Of a DNA stretch of 64,000 nucleotides, positions 12,236 to 21,495 are shown in pieces; within the stretch, counting starts at the first letter, position 1; the number at the start of each line of letters is the position of its first letter. Position numbers and translations under genes: made by a program. The notes beneath the pieces are model-generated. The model was not told where the DNA came from. It did no database searches and saw only the letters and a list, made by a program, of their open reading frames with translations. The stretch lies in assembly GCF_056746865.1 (NCBI RefSeq), contig NZ_CM163382.1; one strand, written 5' to 3'.

Positions 12236-12670
12236 GTGAAAAGTACCAGCGATCTGTTCAATGAAATTATTCCATTGGGTCGCTTAATCCATATGGTTAA
12301 TCAGAAGAAAGATCGCCTGCTTAACGAGTATCTGTCTCCGCTGGATATTACCGCGGCACAGTTTAAGGTGCTCTGCTCTATCCGCTGCGCGGCGTGTATT
12401 ACTCCGGTTGAACTGAAAAAAGTGTTATCGGTCGACCTGGGGGCGCTGACCCGTATGCTGGATCGCCTGGTCTGTAAAGGCTGGGTGGAAAGGTTGCCGA
12501 ACCCGAATGACAAGCGCGGCGTACTGGTAAAACTTACCACCAGCGGCGCGGCAATATGTGAACAATGCCATCAATTAGTTGGCCAGGACCTGCACCAAGA
12601 ATTAACAAAAAACCTGACGGCGGACGAAGTGGCAACACTTGAGCATTTGCTTAAGAAAGTCCTGCCGTAA
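12236..12670 (+). CDS. marR: multiple antibiotic resistance repressor (MarR family)
   Basis: 144-aa ORF with a GTG start; winged-helix region; operon context. Confidence 0.95.
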
Positions 12671-12689
12671 ACAAAAAAGAGGTATGACG

Positions 12690-13073
12690 ATGTCCAGACG
12701 CAATACTGACGCTATTACCATTCATAGCATTTTGGACTGGATCGAGGACAACCTGGAATCGCCACTGTCACTGGAGAAAGTGTCAGAGCGTTCGGGTTAC
12801 TCTAAATGGCACCTGCAACGGATGTTTAAAAAAGAAACCGGTCATTCATTAGGCCAATACATCCGCAGCCGTAAGATGACGGAAATCGCGCAAAAGCTGA
12901 AGGAAAGTAACGAGCCGATACTCTATCTGGCAGAACGATATGGCTTCGAGTCGCAACAAACTCTGACCCGAACCTTCAAAAATTACTTTGATGTTCCGCC
13001 GCATAAATACCGGATGACCAATATGCAGGGCGAATCGCGCTTTTTACATCCATTAAATCATTACAACAGCTAG
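12690..13073 (+). CDS. marA: AraC/XylS-family transcriptional activator MarA
   Basis: Start set at [13 protein letters not shown] (127 aa); the ORF track extends it upstream; dual HTH. Confidence 0.93.
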
Positions 13074-13104
13074 TTGATAACGTGACAACGTCACTGAGGC
13101 AATC

Positions 13105-13323
13105 ATGAAACCACTTTTATCCGCAATTGCAGCTGCGCTTATTCTCTTTTCCGCGCAGGGCGTTGCGGAACAAACCACGCAGCAGGTTGTTACTTCCTGT
13201 GCCAATGTCGTGGTTGTTCCCCCATCGCATGAACAACCACCGTTTGATTTAAATCACATGGGTACTGGCAGTGATAAGTCGGATGCGCTCGGCGTGCCCT
13301 ATTATAATCAACACGCTATGTAG
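13105..13323 (+). CDS. marB: periplasmic protein MarB
   Basis: 72-aa ORF with an N-terminal signal peptide, immediately after marA. Confidence 0.9.
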   Translation: MKPLLSAIAAALILFSAQGVAEQTTQQVVTSCANVVVVPPSHEQPPFDLNHMGTGSDKSDALGVPYYNQHAM

Positions 13324-13353
13324 TTTGTTCTGGCCCCGACATATCGGGGCTTA

Positions 13354-14253
13354 TTAACTTCCCACTTTTACCGCTTTACGCCACCGCAAGCCAAATACAT
13401 TGATATACAGCCCGGTCATAATGAGCACCGCACCGAAAAATTGCAGACCCGTTAAGCGTTCATCCAGCAATAGTGCCGCACTTGCCAGTCCTACTACGGG
13501 CACCAGTAACGATAACGGTGCAACCCGCCAGGTTTCATAGCGTCCCAGTAACGTCCCCCAGATCCCATAACCAACAATTGTCGCCACAAACGCCAGATAC
13601 ATCAGAGACAAGATGGTGGTCATATCGATAGTGACCAGACTGTGAATCATGGTTGCGGAACCATCGAGAATCAGCGAGGCAACAAAGAAGGGAATGATTG
13701 GGATTAATGCGCTCCAGATTACCAGCGACATCACCGCCGGACGCGTTGAGTGCGACATGATCTTTTTATTGAAGATGTTGCCACACGCCCAACTAAATGC
13801 TGCCGCCAGGGTCAACATAAAGCCGAGCATCGCCACATGCTGACCGTTCAGACTATCTTCGATTAACACCAGTACGCCAAAAATCGCTAAGGCGATCCCC
13901 GCCAATTGTTTGCCATGCAGTCGCTCACCGAAAGTAAACGCGCCAAGCACGATAGTAAAAAACGCCTGTGCCTGTAACACCAACGAAGCCAGACCAGCAG
14001 GCATACCGAAGTTAATGGCACAAAAAAGAAAAGCAAACTGCGCAAAACTGATGGTTAATCCATACCCCAGCAGCAAATTCAGTGGTACTTTCGGTCGTGC
14101 GACAAAAAAGATAGCCGGAAAAGCAACCAGCATAAAGCGCAAACCGGCCAGCATCAGCGGTGGCATGTTATGAAGCCCCACTTTGATGACCACAAAATTT
14201 AGCCCCCATACGACCACTACCAGTAGCGCCAACACCCCATCTTTTCGCGACAT
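13354..14253 (-). CDS. eamA: cysteine/O-acetylserine exporter (DMT family)
   Basis: ORF 13354..14274 trimmed to MSRKDGV... (299 aa); two EamA-type repeats of TM helices. Confidence 0.88.
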   Translation of the reverse strand: MSRKDGVLALLVVVVWGLNFVVIKVGLHNMPPLMLAGLRFMLVAFPAIFFVARPKVPLNLLLGYGLTISFAQFAFLFCAINFGMPAGLASLVLQAQAFFTIVLGAFTFGERLHGKQLAGIALAIFGVLVLIEDSLNGQHVAMLGFMLTLAAAFSWACGNIFNKKIMSHSTRPAVMSLVIWSALIPIIPFFVASLILDGSATMIHSLVTIDMTTILSLMYLAFVATIVGYGIWGTLLGRYETWRVAPLSLLVPVVGLASAALLLDERLTGLQFFGAVLIMTGLYINVFGLRWRKAVKVGS

Positions 14254-14447
14254 TCTACCGCCTCTGAATTTCATCTTTTGTAAGCAATCAACTTAGCTGA
14301 ATTTACTTTTCTTTAACAGTTGATTCGTTAGTCACCCTTTACGACGGCATTAATGCGCAAATAAGTCGCTATACTTCGGATTTTTGCCATGCTATTTCTT
14401 TACATCTCTAAAACAAAACATAACGAAACGCACTGCCGGACAGACAA

Positions 14448-15635
14448 ATGAACTTATCCCTACGACGCTCTACCAGCGCCCTTCTTGCCTCGTCGTTGTT
14501 ATTAACCATCGGACGCGGCGCTACGCTGCCGTTTATGACCATTTACTTGAGTCGCCAGTACAGCCTGAGTGTCGATCTAATCGGTTATGCGATGACAATT
14601 GCGCTCACTATTGGCGTCGTTTTTAGCCTCGGTTTTGGTATCCTGGCGGATAAGTTCGACAAGAAACGCTATATGTTACTGGCAATTACCGCCTTCGCCT
14701 GCGGTTTTATTGCCATTCCTTTAGTGAATAACGTGACGCTGGTGGTGCTCTTTTTTGCCCTCATTAACTGCGCCTATTCCGTTTTTGCTACTGTGTTGAA
14801 AGCCTGGTTTGCCGACAATCTTTCGTCCACCAGCAAAACGAAAATCTTCTCAATCAACTACACCATGCTCAACATTGGCTGGACCATCGGTCCGCCGCTC
14901 GGCACGCTGTTGGTGATGCAGAGCATCAATCTGCCCTTTTGGCTGGCAGCTATCTGTTCCGCGTTTCCCATGCTTTTCATTCAAATTTGGGTAAAGCGCA
15001 GCGAGAAAATCATCGCCACGGAAACAGCCAGTGCCTGGTCGCCGAAAGTTTTATTACAAGATAAAGCACTGTTGTGGTTTACCTGCTCTGGCTTTCTGGC
15101 TTCTTTTGTTAGCGGCGCATTTGCTTCATGCATTTCACAATATGTGATGGTGATTGCTGATGGGGATTTTGCCGAAAAGGTGGTCGCGGTTGTTCTTCCA
15201 GTGAATGCTGCCATGGTAGTTACGTTGCAATATTCCGTGGGCCGGCGACTTAACCCGGCTAACATCCGCACGCTGATGACAGCAGGCACCCTCTGTTTCG
15301 TCATCGGTCTGGTCGGTTTTATTTTTTCCGGCAACAGCCTGCTATTGTGGGGTATGTCAGCTGCGGTATTTACTGTCGGTGAAATCATTTATGCGCCGGG
15401 CGAGTATATGTTGATTGACCATATTGCGCCGCCAGGAATGAAAGCCAGCTATTTTTCCGCTCAGTCTTTAGGCTGGCTTGGTGCGGCGATTAACCCATTA
15501 GTGAGTGGCATAGTGCTAACCAACCTGCCGCCTTCCTCGCTGTTTATCATCTTAGCGTTGGTGATCATTGCTGCGTGGGTGCTGATGTTAAAAGGAATTC
15601 GTGCAAGACCGTGGGGGCAGCCCGCGCTTTGTTGA
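14448..15635 (+). CDS. ydeE: MFS transporter
   Basis: 395-aa ORF with multiple TM segments; synteny. Confidence 0.88.
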   Translation: MNLSLRRSTSALLASSLLLTIGRGATLPFMTIYLSRQYSLSVDLIGYAMTIALTIGVVFSLGFGILADKFDKKRYMLLAITAFACGFIAIPLVNNVTLVVLFFALINCAYSVFATVLKAWFADNLSSTSKTKIFSINYTMLNIGWTIGPPLGTLLVMQSINLPFWLAAICSAFPMLFIQIWVKRSEKIIATETASAWSPKVLLQDKALLWFTCSGFLASFVSGAFASCISQYVMVIADGDFAEKVVAVVLPVNAAMVVTLQYSVGRRLNPANIRTLMTAGTLCFVIGLVGFIFSGNSLLLWGMSAAVFTVGEIIYAPGEYMLIDHIAPPGMKASYFSAQSLGWLGAAINPLVSGIVLTNLPPSSLFIILALVIIAAWVLMLKGIRARPWGQPALC

Positions 15636-15764
15636 TTTAAGTCGAACACAATAAAAATTTAATTCAGCCTTCGTTTAGGTTACCTCTGCTAATATCTTTC
15701 TCATTGAGATGAAAATTAAGGTAAGCGAGGAAACACACCACACCATAAACGGAGGCAAATAATG

Positions 15765-15769
15765 CTGGG
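15765..15769. repeat. IS2 target-site duplication, left copy (CTGGG)
   Basis: 5-bp direct repeat flanking the element. Confidence 0.85.
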
Positions 15770-15860
15770 TAGACTGGCCCCCTGAATCTCCAGACAACCA
15801 ATATCACTTAAATAAGTGATAGTCTTAATACTAGTTTTTAGACTAGTCATTGGAGAGCAG

Positions 15861-16226
15861 ATGATTGATGTCTTAGGACCGGAGAAACGCAGACGGCGTA
15901 CTACACAGGAAAAGATCGCTATTGTTCAGCAGAGTTTTGAACCGGGAATGACGGTCTCCCTTGTTGCCCGGCAACACGGTGTGGCAGCCAGCCAGTTATT
16001 TCTCTGGCGCAAGCAATACCAGGAGGGAAGTCTTACTGCTGTGGCCGCAGGAGAGCAGGTCGTTCCTGCCTCTGAACTTGCTGCTGCCATGAAGCAGATT
16101 AAAGAACTCCAGCGCCTGCTCGGCAAAAAAACGATGGAAAATGAACTCCTTAAAGAAGCCGTTGAATACGGGCGTGCAAAAAAGTGGATAGCGCACGCGC
16201 CCTTATTGCCCGGGGATGGGGAGTAA
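15861..16226 (+). CDS. insC: IS2 transposase OrfA (InsC)
   Basis: Translation [56 protein letters not shown]... with HTH; 121 aa from the internal ATG. Confidence 0.93.
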
Positions 16227-17089
16227 GCTTAGTCAGCCGTTGTCTCCGGGTGTCGCGTGCGCAGTTGCACGTCATTCTCAGACGAACCGATGACTGGAAA
16301 GATGGTCGCCGCAGCCGTCACTCAGATGATACGGATGTGCTTCTCCGTATACACCATGTTATCGGAGAGCTGCCCACGTATGGTTATCGTCGGGTATGGG
16401 CGCTGCTTCGCAGACAGGCCGAACTTGATGGTATGCCTGCGATCAATGCCAAACGTGTTTACCGGATCATGCGCCAGAATGCGCTGTTGCTTGAGCGAAA
16501 AACCGCTGTACCGCCATCGAAACGGGCACATACTGGCAAAGTGGCCGTGAAAGAAAGCAATCAACGATGGTGCTCTGACGGGTTCGAGTTCCGCTGTGAT
16601 AACGGAGAAAAACTGCGAGTCACGTTCGCGCTGGACTGCTGTGACCGTGAGGCACTGCACTGGGCAGTCACTACGGGCGGCTTCGACAGTGAAACAGTAC
16701 AGGACGTAATGCTGGGAGCGGTGGAACGCCGCTTCGGCAACGAGCTTCCGGCGTCTCCAGTAGAGTGGCTGACGGATAATGGTTCATGCTACCGGGCTAA
16801 TGAAACACGGCAGTTTGCCCGGATGTTGGGGCTTGAACCGAAGAACACGGCGGTGCGGAGTCCGGAGAGTAACGGCATAGCAGAGAGCTTCGTGAAAACG
16901 ATAAAGCGTGACTACATCAGTATCATGCCTAAACCAGACGGGTTAACGGCAGCAAAGAACCTTGCAGAGGCGTTCGAGCATTATAACGAATGGCATCCGC
17001 ATAGTGCACTGGGTTATCGCTCGCCACGGGAATATCTACGGCAGCGGGCCAGTAATGGGTTAAGTGATAACAGGTGTCTGGAAATATAG
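16184..17089 (+). CDS. insD: IS2 transposase OrfB (InsD), DDE catalytic domain; probably expressed as an OrfAB fusion by -1 frameshift
   Basis: 301-aa ORF in the -1 frame relative to insC, overlapping its 3' end; integrase-like core. Confidence 0.93.
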
Positions 17090-17100
17090 GGGCAAATCCA

Positions 17101-17105
17101 CTGGG
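17101..17105. repeat. IS2 target-site duplication, right copy (CTGGG)
   Basis: Identical to 15765-15769. Confidence 0.85.
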
Positions 17106-17220
17106 TAATATGAATGTTTTTATGGCCGTACTGGGAATAATTTTATTTTCTGGTTTTCTGGCCGCGTATTTCAGCCACAAATGGGATGACTAATGAACGG
17201 AGATAATCCCTCACCTAACC

Positions 17221-17259
17221 GGCCCCTTGTTACAGTTGTGTACAAGGGGCCTGATTTTT
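17221..17259 (+). terminator. intrinsic terminator of mgtS
   Basis: Perfect 10-bp stem GGCCCCTTGT / ACAAGGGGCC with an 11-nt loop, followed by TGATTTTT. Confidence 0.75.
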
Positions 17260-17267
17260 ATGACGGC

Positions 17268-17365
17268 AAAAAAAAACCGCCAGTAAACCGGCGGTGAATG
17301 CTTGCATGGATAGATTTGTGTTTTGCTTTTACGCTAACAGGCATTTTCCTGCACTGATAACGGAT
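17268..17365 (-). ncRNA. mgrR: putative PhoP-regulated sRNA MgrR (about 98 nt)
   Basis: Minus-strand hairpin CCGCCGG-UUUA-CUGGCGG followed by U9 (3' end near 17268); candidate -10 TACTGT (plus 17373-17378) puts the 5' end near 17365, giving about 98 nt; PhoP box upstream; location between mgtS and dgcZ. Boundaries are approximate. Confidence 0.5.
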
Positions 17366-17400
17366 CGTTGACACAGTAGCATCAGTTTTCTCAATGAATG

Positions 17401-17418
17401 TTAAACGGAGCTTAAACT
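17401..17418 (-). promoter_or_regulatory. PhoP box direct repeat (GTTTAA-N5-GTTTAA)
   Basis: The minus strand reads GAGTTTAAGCTCCGTTTAAC, matching the (T/G)GTTTA-N5-(T/G)GTTTA consensus; it overlaps the dgcZ stop codon and lies upstream of the putative mgrR. Confidence 0.55.
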
Positions 17419-18302
17419 CGGTTAATCACATTTTGTTCGTCAATAAACATACAGCGATTTCTTCCGGTTTGCTTACCCTCATACATTGCCCGGTCCGCTC
17501 TTCCAATGACCACATCCAGAGGTTCTTCAGGAAATGCGCGACTCACACCTGCAGTCACGGTAATGTTGATATGCCCTTCAGAATGTGTGATGGCATGGTT
17601 ATCGACTAACTGGCAAATTCTGATACCTGCACGACATGCTTCTTCATCATTAGCCGCTTTGACAATAATGATAAATTCTTCGCCACCGTAGCGATAAACC
17701 GTTTCGTAATCGCGCGTCCAACTGGCTAAGTAAGTTGCCAGGGTGCGTAATACTACATCGCCGATTAAATGCCCGTAGGTATCATTAACCAATTTAAATC
17801 GGTCAATATCCAACAACATTAAATAAAGATTCAGAGGCTCAGCGTTGCGTAACTGATGATCAAAGGATTCATCAAGAACCCGACGACCCGGCAATCCCGT
17901 CAAAACATCCATATTGCTACGGATCGTCAGCAAATAAATTTTGTAATCGGTTAATGCCGCAGTAAAAGAAAGCAACCCTTCCTGAAAGGCGTCGAAATGC
18001 GCGTCCTGCCAGTGATTTTCAACAATAGCCAACATTAATTCCCGACCACAGTTATGCATATGTTGATGGGCAGAATCCATTAGCCGAACGTAAGGTAATT
18101 CATCGTTATCGAGTGGTCCCAGATGATCAATCCACCGACCAAACTGGCACAGTCCATAAGAATGGTTATCCGTTATTTCTGGCTTACTGGCATCTCTCGC
18201 GACCACGCTGTGAAACATACTCACCAGCCACTGGTAGTGGGCATCGATAGCCTTATTGAGATTTAACAAGATGGCATCAATTTCCGTTGTCTTCTTGATC
18301 AT
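17412..18302 (-). CDS. dgcZ: zinc-sensing diguanylate cyclase DgcZ
   Basis: Start trimmed to MIKKTTEID (296 aa); C-terminal GGDEF (RYGGEEFII) and N-terminal zinc-binding-like region with His/Cys residues; corresponds to ydeH. Confidence 0.9.
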   Translation of the reverse strand: MIKKTTEIDAILLNLNKAIDAHYQWLVSMFHSVVARDASKPEITDNHSYGLCQFGRWIDHLGPLDNDELPYVRLMDSAHQHMHNCGRELMLAIVENHWQDAHFDAFQEGLLSFTAALTDYKIYLLTIRSNMDVLTGLPGRRVLDESFDHQLRNAEPLNLYLMLLDIDRFKLVNDTYGHLIGDVVLRTLATYLASWTRDYETVYRYGGEEFIIIVKAANDEEACRAGIRICQLVDNHAITHSEGHINITVTAGVSRAFPEEPLDVVIGRADRAMYEGKQTGRNRCMFIDEQNVINRV

Positions 18303-18556
18303 TGCCACTCCTTTTTCACAGTTCCTTGTGCGCGCTATTCTAACGAGAGAAAAGCAAAATTACGTCAATATTTTCATAGAAATCCGAAGTTATGAGTCAT
18401 CTCTGAGATAACATTGTGATTTGAAACAAAATCAGCAGATAAAAAAGTGTTTAATTCTGTAAATTAAGCCTGCATTATCGCAATTAAAAGGATGACAAAT
18501 AGCATAAACCAATACCCTAATGGCCCAGTAGTTCAGGCCATCAGGCTCATTTATTT

Positions 18557-18949
18557 TTATTTCTGCAAATGAGTGACCCGAACGACGGCCGGCGCGCTTT
18601 TCTTATCCAGACTGCCGCTAATGTTGATCATCTGGTCCGGCTGAACTTCTCGTCCATCAAAGACTGCCGCAGGAATAACAACATTAATTTCACCGCTCTT
18701 ATCGCGAAAAACGTAACGGTCCTCTCCTTTGTGAGAAATCAAATTACCGCGTAGTGAAACCGAAGCGCCATCATGCATGGTTTTTGCGAAATCTACGGTC
18801 ATTTTTTTTGCATCATCGGTTCCGCGATAGCCATCTTCTATTGCATGAGGCGGCGGTGGCGCTGCATCCTGTTTTAAACCGCCCTGGTCATCTGCCAACG
18901 CATAAGGCATGACAAGAAAACTTGCTAATACAATGGCCTGAAATTTCAT
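18557..18949 (-). CDS. ydeI: periplasmic OB-fold (YgiW/BOF family) stress protein
   Basis: 130-aa ORF with an N-terminal signal peptide ([19 protein letters not shown]). Confidence 0.85.
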
Positions 18950-19313
18950 ACTGACTCCTTAATTGCGTTTGGTTTGACTTATTAAGTCTGGTTGCTATTT
19001 TTATAATTGACAAATAAGAATACTGCCAATTGTTATAAGGCATTTAAAATCAGGCAACTAGCTGTCAAATATTAAGAGAATTTAACTCACTAAAGTAAGA
19101 AGAAGATTAAAGAGTCTTAAACATATTTCAGAACAATCAGATTTATAAATTTGAAAATTATTATAACGGAAGGGTATACAAAAAAAGTAATTTTGCTGGC
19201 GACTGCGAAACGGCATTCGCATTAGCGGTGAAGTTTGCCCCCACCCAGCTGCTGCAATTACTGCTCTAACCAGGCTGGCCTGGCGATATCTCCAGGCCAG
19301 CCATTGGTGGTGT

Positions 19314-21359
19314 TTATATGTTCAAGCCACGATGTTGCAGCATCGGCATAATCTGAGGTGCCTTACCGCGCCATTGTCGATACAGGCGTTCCAGATCTTC
19401 GCTGTTACCTCTGGAAAGAATCGCCTCGCGAAAACGCCGCCCATTTTCACGCGTTAATCCGCCCTGCTCAACAAACCACTGGTAACCATCATCGGCCAAC
19501 ATTTGCGTCCACAGATAAGCGTAATAACCTGCGGCATATCCGCCACCAAAAATATGGGCGAAATAACTGCTGCGATAGCGTGGCGGTATAGCGGGAAGAT
19601 CCATATTTTCTGCCACCAGCGCCCGCAATTCGAAATCATCGACATCCTGCATTGCTTCGTTTTCTTCCAGGCAATGCCAGCGCATATCGAGAAGTGCGGC
19701 GCTAAGCAGTTCGCTCATCTCATACCCTTTATTGAACAGGCTGGCATTACGCATTTTCTGTTGCAGTTCGTCAGGCATTGCTGCCCCGCTCTGATAATGC
19801 CGGGCGTAGCGAGCGAATACCTGCGGATGCGTTGCCCAGTGTTCGTTGATTTGCGACGGAAATTCGACAAAATCACGCGGCGTGTTGGTGCCGGAAAGTG
19901 TGGCATAACGCTGGCGGGCAAAGAGGCCGTGCAACGTATGACCAAATTCATGGAATAAGGTTATGACATCATCCCAGAGTAACAACGCAGGCTCACCGGC
20001 AGCGGGTTTCTGATAATTGCAGACGTTATAAATTACCGGATGCGTTTCATTAAGCGTTGATTGCTCAACAAAATTGCCCATCCATGCACCGCCGCTTTTT
20101 GAATCACGGGCGAAGAAATCACCGTAAAATAACGCCAGCCCCACGCCATTATGATCAAAAATTTCCCATACACGAACGTCAGGATGGTAGACAGGAATAT
20201 CAAAACGTTCGACAAACTTAATACCGAAGAGCTGATTCGCGGTCCAGAATACACCTTCATTCAACACCGTGTTTAATTCAAAATATGGCTTGAGCTGCGA
20301 TTCATCGAGATCGAATTTCTCACGTCTTACCTGCTCGGCATAAAATGCCCAGTCCCACGGCTGCGCGCTAAACCCGCCCTGCTGCTTATCGATAACCGCC
20401 TGTATGGAGGCTAATTCATCGCTCGCACGTTGACGCGCCGCTGGAACAATTTCCCGCATAAAGTTGAGTGCTGCTTCTGGCGTTTTTGCCATCTGATCGG
20501 CGATTTTCCATGCGGCATAATGAGGGAAACCAAGCAGTTTCGCCTGCTGCGCGCGGATCTCCACCAGACGTTGAATGATAGCGCGGGTATCATTGGCATC
20601 ATTTTTTTCCGCTCGCGTCCAGCCCGCAGTGAACAGTTTTTCACGCGTCGCGCGATCGCGCAGTTCAGCAAGCGCTGGTTGCTGGGTGGTATTCAGCAAC
20701 GGAATCAGCCATTTGTTATCCAGACCTTTCTCGCGAGCCGCCTCTGCCGCCAGCGCAATCTCTTGCTCACTCATTCCTGCCAGCTGCGCGAAATCGTTCA
20801 CAACCAGACCGCCGGATTTATTTGCTGCCAGTAACCGCTGGTTAAACTGGCTGGTCAGGGTCGCAGCTTCTGTATTCAGGACTTTTAATTTTGCTTTATC
20901 AGCTTGTGCAAGTTTGGCTCCGGCAAGGACAAAACGTTGATGAATGACCTCCACCAGGCGGATGGATTCACTATCAAGTCCCAGGGATTCACGGCGTTGC
21001 CAGACAGCATCTACCCGCGCGAATAATTCACCGTTCAGATAGATATCATTAGCCAGTTCCGCCAGTTCAGCGGAAAACTGTTCATCAAGACGCTGTAATT
21101 CATCATTAGTATGCGCCGCAGTCATCGCAAAAAAGACGCTGGTAACGCGGGTAAGTAATTCTCCGCTTTGTTCCAGTGCCAGAATAGTATTGTTGAAATC
21201 AGGTGTTTGCGGGTTAAGCGCGATGGCAGCAATTTCTGCCCGCTTTTGCTGCATTCCCTCATCGAATGCCGGGCGATAGTGATGATTGGCAATTTGATCA
21301 AAATGGGGAGCCAGATACGGCAGTGTGCTTTGCACAAGGAAAGGATTCATTGTTGTCAT
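19314..21359 (-). CDS. dcp: peptidyl-dipeptidase Dcp (M3 metallopeptidase)
   Basis: Start trimmed to MTTMNPFLVQ (681 aa); zinc motif HEFGHTLH present. Confidence 0.93.
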   Translation of the reverse strand: MTTMNPFLVQSTLPYLAPHFDQIANHHYRPAFDEGMQQKRAEIAAIALNPQTPDFNNTILALEQSGELLTRVTSVFFAMTAAHTNDELQRLDEQFSAELAELANDIYLNGELFARVDAVWQRRESLGLDSESIRLVEVIHQRFVLAGAKLAQADKAKLKVLNTEAATLTSQFNQRLLAANKSGGLVVNDFAQLAGMSEQEIALAAEAAREKGLDNKWLIPLLNTTQQPALAELRDRATREKLFTAGWTRAEKNDANDTRAIIQRLVEIRAQQAKLLGFPHYAAWKIADQMAKTPEAALNFMREIVPAARQRASDELASIQAVIDKQQGGFSAQPWDWAFYAEQVRREKFDLDESQLKPYFELNTVLNEGVFWTANQLFGIKFVERFDIPVYHPDVRVWEIFDHNGVGLALFYGDFFARDSKSGGAWMGNFVEQSTLNETHPVIYNVCNYQKPAAGEPALLLWDDVITLFHEFGHTLHGLFARQRYATLSGTNTPRDFVEFPSQINEHWATHPQVFARYARHYQSGAAMPDELQQKMRNASLFNKGYEMSELLSAALLDMRWHCLEENEAMQDVDDFELRALVAENMDLPAIPPRYRSSYFAHIFGGGYAAGYYAYLWTQMLADDGYQWFVEQGGLTRENGRRFREAILSRGNSEDLERLYRQWRGKAPQIMPMLQHRGLNI

Positions 21360-21495
21360 TTTCTTCTCCTGAACGCGAGGTGTTCCATAGCGTAGGCTTA
21401 CTGATAACGGAGTGCAATCTTGCAAACCAGTATTACCCGCTCTTAAGCATCACGTGCTATGTTATTGACACACAAAAGCGTTGAGGAACAGTGAG

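Larger units (their letters stand above)
15770..17100 (+). mobile_element. insertion sequence IS2 (IS3 family), complete, 1331 bp
   Basis: Ends TAGACTGGCCCCCTGAATCTCCAGACAAC... and ...GTCTGGAAATATAGGGGCAAATCCA form imperfect terminal inverted repeats; two overlapping transposase ORFs with an A-run frameshift site; flanked by the 5-bp duplication CTGGG. Confidence 0.95.
15762..17193 (+). pseudogene. mgtS: mgtS (yneM) small membrane protein gene split by IS2 after codon 3
   Basis: ATG-CTG-GG at 15762-15769, then IS2, then CTGGGTAATATGAATGTT... to TAA at 17191-17193. Removing the IS and one copy of the duplication restores a 31-codon ORF, MLGNMNVFMAVLGIILFSGFLAAYFSHKWDD. Confidence 0.85.

Noticed and set aside
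15655-15761. Candidate PhoP box and -10 (TAATAT at 15690-15695) for the mgtS promoter
   Set aside because: A GTTTA half-site is present (15673-15677), but the upstream half-site matches poorly to the PhoP consensus at the expected spacing. It is not called as a feature without reference alignment.
15770-17100. Possibility that the IS2 belongs to a larger composite transposon or carries cargo genes
   Set aside because: The element is exactly one IS2 unit in length with both terminal repeats and an immediate 5-bp duplication. No second IS copy or passenger gene is present in the window.
19503-20940. Several 120-150-aa ORFs antisense within dcp (19503..19958, 20430..20834, 20575..20940)
   Set aside because: All are contained in the dcp coding region on the opposite strand. 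Their Arg/Ser/Ala-rich translations are typical of the reverse frame of a coding sequence.
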